A DNA stretch of 61,296 nt, the filler included, from Bipalium vagum (Eukaryota): NCBI GenBank assembly GCA_037834085.1. It is 3 parts of 3 records of this genome, joined end to end, with 100 filler letters (N's around TTAATTAATTAA, not from the genome) between each part and the next. Parts side by side here need not be neighbours in the genome. Positions count along the whole stretch, not along the records: positions 45,536 to 61,296 come from JBBMKC010147212.1; 2 more parts are not named here. One strand, written 5' to 3'. Below, one piece after another: positions 54,249 through 61,296 of this stretch. A model generated the notes under the pieces. The model did no database searches. It was given only the letters and a program-made list of their open reading frames with translations, and had not been told where the DNA came from. The position numbers were made by a program, and so were the translations under genes. The first letter of the stretch is position 1. Each line of letters begins with the position of its first letter.

Positions 54249-56140
54249 GAGGAGGGTAATCAGATCTGGGGAATTTTTTCATTATTTTAGAATACTTAAA
54301 AAGTATGAATGAAATTTTAAAAAGAAACTTATTTTTCAAATTAAAAAAAGAAATTTCCAGATCTGAGAAATTTTTTAAAAATATTTTTTGTTTTATCACT
54401 TAATAAATCTATTTATAAAATGACTTGTAGTTCTGATTACAAACCTATTGATATTAACATAGCAGCCGTCACCGACTCGGATCCGATCACTGAACGTTTC
54501 CAAACCAAAAACGTTCTGTAAGGGTGAAGATGTTCAGAAATTCATCGCGCTGTGTACAAGGTATTTCACGGTGAAAGCGACACCAGTGACAAGAAGGGAA
54601 ACTATGATCTATTGTCTATTTGACTTAGATTTAGTAGAGAAGTACGAAAGCACGCTTAGAAAAGCTAGTGGATTCGAAAGAAAATTACGATTGGCCTTTT
54701 CCAAACCTAAAAATTATGATGGGTGATTTGGAAAAGTTAATCAATTATGGTAGAGGAGCCGGTACTGTGGAAAAAATTTTCCATAAGATAGTGGAAAATT
54801 TTTTTCTAAACAAGAAGGCAAATTGAGTGTTGGATGTGTGAAAACTCAAACAAATTAGCCGAGACTGTCCAGAGAAGAGAATTTCTACATATTTTGAATA
54901 TGGAAAAGTAGGACACATACGAAGCTAAGCGTCACTAAGCTTCTGAGTGGTACACAAATATAAATAGAGGTCAGAGAAGAAACAGGAATTTTTTAAAAAG
55001 TAATCATAAGGATCAAAGGCAATAAAAGAAGTAATGTGGTTAGCGAAAATATTGATGTGATATCGGAAGGAGATTGCATGAGAGAAGAATATGAGAATGC
55101 ATCAGTGTAACCAAAAGATAAAGCTCCACTAGTAGGGGAGCTAGTGGGAGCCATACTAAAAATCGAAAATGATTATTCCCAAAGGATTGAGACTGATGAA
55201 GGAGTGACGCGAACGACAGAGAAAGTGTACAGATTTTTAAAGAAGCAATTTGAGATATAAAATGTTAAGCAAAAGAATGCGATTGCAGAAAGGGAAGAGA
55301 CAGTTATCTCGTATGACAGAATGCATGAACATCCAAGTGTGAAAGTAAGAGTGCATGATTTTAAATTGGATATTCTATTGGAAAGGAGCAGAAATTGTTG
55401 TAATGAGTACGAAGATTGCCCAGAAACTGACAGATGTCAAGATTAACAATATGATGAAAACTGAGATGTGCAACAGACAGTGATTTAGAAACGAGAGGGT
55501 CAATTAACGAAGCGTTGGTCAAGTTCGAAAAGTTGTAAAATTCATAGTTGTAGAAAGTGTCACCCCTGAATTGATAGGTGGTATGGAGTTTCTTAAAAAA
55601 ATCGAATATGTTTTGAAGCAACAATATGAAAGTAAAACCAGCGATGTGGAAGATTTGAGCAATACGCTGTGTAATGTAGAAGGAAGATTTGGTAGAAGAA
55701 TACAGAAAAGAGAACGGTTGAAAAGAGCACTGAAATTATTAAATGTTAATGCAGATGGCAAATTACGAAAGATAATTGAGGTAAGGGAAAACGTATTCAT
55801 GGCCGATAAATGGGACATTGGATGTACCTATCTGAGAAAATCAATCACTGATTTTAGAATCAAAGATAAACGACACGATAAAGAATCTGTATTTAATAAT
55901 ATCATCAGAAAATATAATTCTCCGTGGAATACCCCATTGATATGCGTTTGGGAAAAAAAGAAAGACATTCGGATTTGTCTGGACTTTAGAAGAATTAATG
56001 CAGTGACTGAAAGACAAGCATTTCCAATGCCTAACGTTGACGAAATGTGTAGATGAGTTAGATGGATCACGTTATTTTAGCTCAATAGACCTGGGTAATG
56101 CTTATTATCAAGTTGAATTGGACAAAGATTCACAAGAGTA
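54249..56140 (+). mobile_element. Ty3/Gypsy-type retrotransposon fragment, copy 1 (gag, protease, RT start)
   Basis: gag starts at about 54420, followed by decayed CCHC knuckles and a protease region. RT motifs are SPWNTPLICV, DIRICLDFRRINAVT..AFPMPNVDE and YFSSIDLGNAYYQV. Confidence 0.85.
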
Positions 56141-56199
56141 GAATGGAAACTTTGTTTAAATGTTACTTTTTTTATGACATTCAAAATATATTGTTCATA

Positions 56200-56620
56200 T
56201 TATGACTGATTTTATCGATCACTGTTAATCTGTAGATCAACAGCAGAGAATTCTTAGCCGAATCACTCAGACCAGAATTATTTCGACGATCAGATCATGT
56301 CGACACGTTTCTACACAAGTGTAAAGATTATTTGGACTACCCAAAAACGTTAGATAATTAGTCGTCACTGGATCGATGAAAAACGAACTTCGAGAGAAAT
56401 TTGAGTTAACACATCCAAAGATCGACTATGAAGAACGAATGAGAAAGGCATTTTGGTGAAGTAAAATCAAGGATGAAGGACCTTAAAGAAGCTTTCAATT
56501 ATAAGCGTGGAGAAGAAGATGTGGATGTGTATGTGAAAAGATTCTCGGAATTTGCTGACCGATTAAGGGAGTACACATGGGACAAAGAAACGGTGAAAAA
56601 GGAATTATTATTTTATTACC
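56200..56620 (+). mobile_element. Divergent gag remnant of the same retroelement lineage
   Basis: ELREKFELT...YEERMRKAF...DLKEAFNYKRG aligns by eye with DLVEKYEST...FEGRLRLAF...DLEKLINFCRG of copies 1 and 2. Confidence 0.5.
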
Positions 56621-57701
56621 ATTAATTTCACAGACTTTAGAAATAATATTTTGTTTCTTCAAACATTGCATCTCTTTTATTTGTAAAGGATATTTTTGAT
56701 AATTAGTAAATCGATGATGAATAACTTTTACAATATGTAAGTGTGCTAGAACCGAATAAACAAAACATTGTCATCATTATTTATATTAAAGGTTGATATA
56801 AAGGGGGATTTTACATATCATGGTTCAACCATAGATTTGTGTGAATGTTAATCTATTCCAATTGTTTTGATATATTTAAAACTCCATAGAGATCCCGGAA
56901 ATTCTTGTCCTACCATATTTTCATTTAACTGTGAAAAAAAAATATATTGAATAAAGGCTATCCAAATTTAATTTAGAATGTTCGAAGGACAAAAAAGTTT
57001 TTCAGCGAAAAGGATGATGAGCAAATTTTTGGATAAAACTCAATGCCATTTGCTAAGCCGAATACAGTCAAAGGATAAATACAAAATTTCGTACCATTAG
57101 ACACAAATTCAGAGAGATAACAGTGAACACCTGCATCTGTAAACAAGGCATTATACTTGAAAGACTGGTTAGAAAGAGATTTCTCGCTGACTTCATCATT
57201 ATCTGTGCTATCTAAACCTGTCAAATTGAGAAAAGTCGAAAGAGTGTAGGCAAGTGTAGACACATGATGTCAACAAAAAGAAATGGGAGTACTAAGCTCA
57301 ACCTTTTTCTGCCTAGTTTGAGATGAGATTGATGTGAACGTTGATGTCAAAACTAGAATTTTAGAAGAGGATATGATTTTATTATCTGATTCATAATTTA
57401 TTTTATTCCCCCCCCAGCGATTTCGGTAATCTCTCAATTATTATTGATTTTATTTTTAGGTTTTATTTTCTTTAAATTCTTTATTAAGCTGTCCGGTGTA
57501 TTTCTTGCATATTGGAAACAAACTGGAAAATAAGTTTTAATATTTGATTCTTGTGCTTTTCTTAAGCTTACATAGATTTTTTATGACAGTGAATTCATTT
57601 AAGATTAAACTTCTCTCTTCACGGAATAGCTTACGGATCAAAATATATTTAGAAAAATTACATTTATCAGGTTGAAAATTATTTTGATTCATCAATAAAT
57701 C

Positions 57702-60077
57702 TGTAACGCTATAAACTCACTATGAACCCTCTCGTAACACTTAGCTCGCAAAGTTACTGACCCCTTCACTTAGCCTATACGCGTACGCAAATGAATGAAT
57801 CAAACAATTATGAACAACACTTTATTGCTAAAATAACAATACAAGCGAAACGTTTCAAATAATAAGTAAATGTCTGCAATCAAGTATTTTTACACAAAAA
57901 GAAAAATCAAATGTTATCACACTGAAAATCAATTGATAATAATAATTAAACATGTAAATGTCAATATCAAATTAGTGTCTGAACGTTAGGGCTAATTAAA
58001 AAGAAAAAAATGAATAAAAATTTAGATACTCTCACCACTTGTGACGACAAGTCCAAAGCGTGGTTAGCTGAGCCCAATCCAGTCCGCTCAAAAAACCCGT
58101 CGTGTGCTCCTGTCGCATAGAGGGCATCAATAGGAATTACAATTTCAAAAGCAATCTTCGGATGTTAGCATATTCCAAATCTTCTCTTCTGACAAAATAA
58201 TGACAACGATCCTTCTTCTGGCAATAATAAATTTCTGAAAAAACAATAATCCTTCTTCTGACAAAACAATAACAAAGAGTCCAGACAAATCCGAATGTCT
58301 TTCTTCTCTTTTTTCCAAAAGCATATCAATGGGGTGTTCCACGGAGAATTACATTTTCTGATGATATTATTATCATACAGATTCTTTATCGTCTCGTTTA
58401 TCTTTTCTTCTAAATTCATTGGTTGCCTAAATGGTTTTAAATTTATTGGCTCATCTTTCGTTCTTATTGTATGTTTTGTCAGATGGGTACATATCCCATT
58501 TATCGGATATAAACGCGTCTTCATTGACCTCAATAATCTTTCGTAATTTGCCATCTGCATTAAAATTTAATAATTTCAATGCTCCTTTTAACCGTTCTCC
58601 TTTCTGTATTTTTACACCAAATATTCCTTCTACATTACACAGCGTATTGCTCAAATCTTCCACATAGCTGGTTTTACTTTAATATTGTTGCTTCAAAACA
58701 TATCCGAATTTTTTAAGAAACTCCATACCCCCTATCAATTCAGGGGTGACACTTTCTACAACTATGAATTTTACAACTTTTCGAACTTGACCAACCCTGG
58801 CCTCTAGGTTTATTGACCCTCTTGTCTCTAAATAACTGTCGTTTGCACATCTCAGTTTTTCACCATACCGTTAGATTTTAACATCTTTCAATTTCTGGGC
58901 AATCTTCGTACTCATTACATTAATTTCTGCTCCCGTATCCAAAAGAATATCCAATTCCAAATCCTGCACTTTGATTCTCACACTTCGACGCCCATGCATT
59001 CTGTCATACGAGATAATTGTCTCTTCACTTTCTGCAATCGCATTAACTTGCTTACATTCTTCAATCTCAAACTGATGCATTCTCATATTCTTCTCTCATG
59101 CAATCTCCTTCCGATATCACATCTGTATTTTCACTAACCGCATTAATTCTTTAACTTCTATTCATCTCCTGATTACCTTCGTAAAAATTCCTGTTTCTTC
59201 TCTGACCTCAATTTAGATTTGTGTAGCACTCCGAGGTTTGGTGACCATTTCTTCCACACCTTTGACATTTGAAAACTGTACAATTCCGACGTATGTGTCC
59301 TGCTTTTCCACATCCAAAACATGTGGGAATTCTCTTCTCTGGACAGTCTTGACTTATATGTCCAACGCTTTTACACGTCTAACATTCTGTTGTCTTCTTG
59401 TTGGGCCATCGTTTGCCATTCTTACAAACGGTCTGGTAACACGTGATTCTGGTCTGACTTGCTCTACAACAGATCTAATCATATATCCTGCTTCCTGTAT
59501 CCTTACGTTTTGATATCTACCGTTCGTCGATACGTCCCTGTAGGTCCTGATGGTGTTGACATGATCAGAATATTTCTGCCGAATTCCATCCATTAATTTA
59601 ATTAGATCTTCCATTTCTTCAATACTTCCTAACTTTCTCAGTTCGATCTCCTTCTCAATTTCTGGATCATTTATACATCTCATTTTCGCTTTATTCAAAA
59701 GGCTTTCCTTTGTCATTTCATTTGACAAGATATCTTCCACCATCTTATGGACGTTCTCCAGAAAATCCTCTACAAAAGTTGATTAACTTTTCCAAATCAC
59801 ACATCATAGCTTTTGGTTTGCAAAAGGCCAATCGTAACCTTCCTTCGAATCCACTAACTTTTCCAACCGTGCTTTCATACTTCTCTACTAAATCTAAGTT
59901 TAATATTAGTTTGCAGTCCGAATTAGAAGACATTTTTAAATTATATTTTATTACGTGATATAACAAATAATATTTAAACAAATTTTCTCAGACCTGAAAA
60001 TTTCTTTTTTTATTAAATTTCATTCCTACTTTTGTAATATTTTATTTTTAAATTCCCCTGGTCTGATTAGCCTCCTC
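57702..60077 (-). mobile_element. Ty3/Gypsy-type retrotransposon, copy 2 (gag-protease-RT start fused to an LTR-like 3' segment at 57702-58280)
   Basis: CCHC knuckles CFGCGKAGHIRRNC and CQRCGRNGHQTSEC, aspartic protease LLDTGAEINV, and RT SPWNTPLIC...DIRICLD. It then switches abruptly to an LTR-like sequence with AATAAA and a ...GCGTTACA end at 57702. Confidence 0.87.
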
Positions 60078-60212
60078 AAAAAATGTAAAAATCAATATTT
60101 GATAAACCCACAAAAAAATTTACACAAATAATTTTGAAAATTGATCGTTTAATATAAAACTGAATTAAATCAATACACTTATGAAGTATTCGGTTTTTCT
60201 AACAATTAGAAG

Positions 60213-61110
60213 TCAATGAAAAAAAATTCTCCTCGGTTGGCCTGGTTCTCGTTTGCAGTATGGACAGTATACAATCTTGTCGCAACAAATGTCACAAATT
60301 GTATGACCACATTCCAATGCTAAAGAGATCTCTTTATCCGAACATATCCAGCACAGTTGGGTCTCATTAACTATAACTATAACCTTTTCCCTCTCAACAA
60401 TCCTTTCCCTTTCAACAATCTTTTCTTTCGGAGCATTCTTTTCGAAAAAGTCTTCCATTTCACTTTTTATTTCCATTTGATAGAAAAATTCAATGGCTGT
60501 CTTCTTTGCCGATGTTTCGTGGTAAATATTGCGTTTTCGTCAATCTGTAGTGACCTGTGTCCTTTCTCTGACAGAAAAGCAATCAATAATCTGAAAATAT
60601 TCGTAATCATTACTCAATAACAAATTCTCAATAATATTGGACATCAAATCGACGATTGACACACCTTTCACAGTTAAAGTTCACAGCCATTTCCAAAAGA
60701 GACACATTCCCTTGAGGTCGTCTTCTCAGATCACATCCACATTTGACAAATAGCTCTACGATCTCAATGACCTTTTCCTCATTCTAAAACAAATGAAATA
60801 ATTTGCGACCGAAACAAAAATAATTATTGAAAACTTCGACAAATGTTGGCTGATCTAAAGTGGAGAGCAACTCGAATAAAGGAGTCTTTCCTTGAATATT
60901 CTCGATATCCACTTCTCCTTCTGCTTCTATCAATGTGTTACAGAGATCTTTGTCTAAACGTTTCACTGCCAAATGGAGCAATGAGTTCCCTTTGTCGTCG
61001 GAACTATTGGAAATAGTTTCATCCAATTGTCCAATCAAGCAGGGGTAAATTGTCCCTTCTTTTTCAAACATAACGTTAAGCAATTCTCTTTCTTCGTCAG
61101 AAAAAGAGAT
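60213..61110 (-). CDS. Ankyrin-repeat + C-terminal C3HC4 RING protein (Mind-bomb-like E3 ligase architecture), partial; continues beyond the window end
   Basis: Ankyrin repeats GNSLLHLAV and GKTPLFEL lie in exon 61110-60835. A 51-nt intron (60784-60834) leads to the next exon, NEEKVIEIVELFVKCGCD...SLLEMAV. The terminal RING is CWICSDKEISLALECGHTICDICCDKIVYCPYC. The join between 60665 and 60540 is unresolved. Confidence 0.7.
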
Positions 61111-61296
61111 CTGTCAAAAAGGAAAATTAATATGTGCACCACTTGGACAGCAAAATCAAAGATAAAAAGACAAAGGCCATTTCAAAAAGGAGTAAGAATT
61201 TTACATGTAAAGAAAACATAAAGTACCTTTTGTCTCCGACGACGAATTTTGAATGAACTGAAAAAGAAAATATGAAGAATTGAACATGAAACTGAA

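Noticed and set aside
58185-58280. Short repeats with spacers resembling a CRISPR array
   Set aside because: There are only three degenerate units inside a eukaryotic LTR-like segment, and no cas genes.

Overview
This is very AT-rich animal (invertebrate-like) nuclear DNA, not prokaryotic. It is made of three segments joined by two identical artificial 100-nt spacers (44 N + TTAATTAATTAA + 44 N, at 22848-22947 and 45436-45535). Host genes reconstructed by hand from splice sites are: four internal exons of a small-conductance Ca-activated K+ channel (SK/KCNN, +), proteasome beta-2 (PSMB2, -), a nucleostemin/GNL3-family GTPase (-), a Q/S-rich three-finger C2H2 protein (-), an intronless orphan secreted Cys-rich protein (-), cytochrome c1 (+), and a partial ankyrin + RING (Mind-bomb-like) gene (-). 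Introns are strongly bimodal: most are 41-57 nt, and a few are 0.6-6 kb. The intergenic space and long introns hold many decayed Tc1/mariner, pogo, hAT, Merlin, Penelope-like and Gypsy elements. The most interesting observations are four. (i) Gypsy gag-pro-RT copies share a sharp non-TGG 5' boundary motif and a covarying leader hairpin in place of an obvious LTR-PBS. (ii) Several sequence-divergent solo-LTR-like elements share a long RNA hairpin followed by a splice donor. (iii) The orphan secreted protein has a perfectly mirrored 11-residue cysteine ladder. (iv) Some DNA transposons carry host-sized introns. The organism cannot be identified from this window alone.
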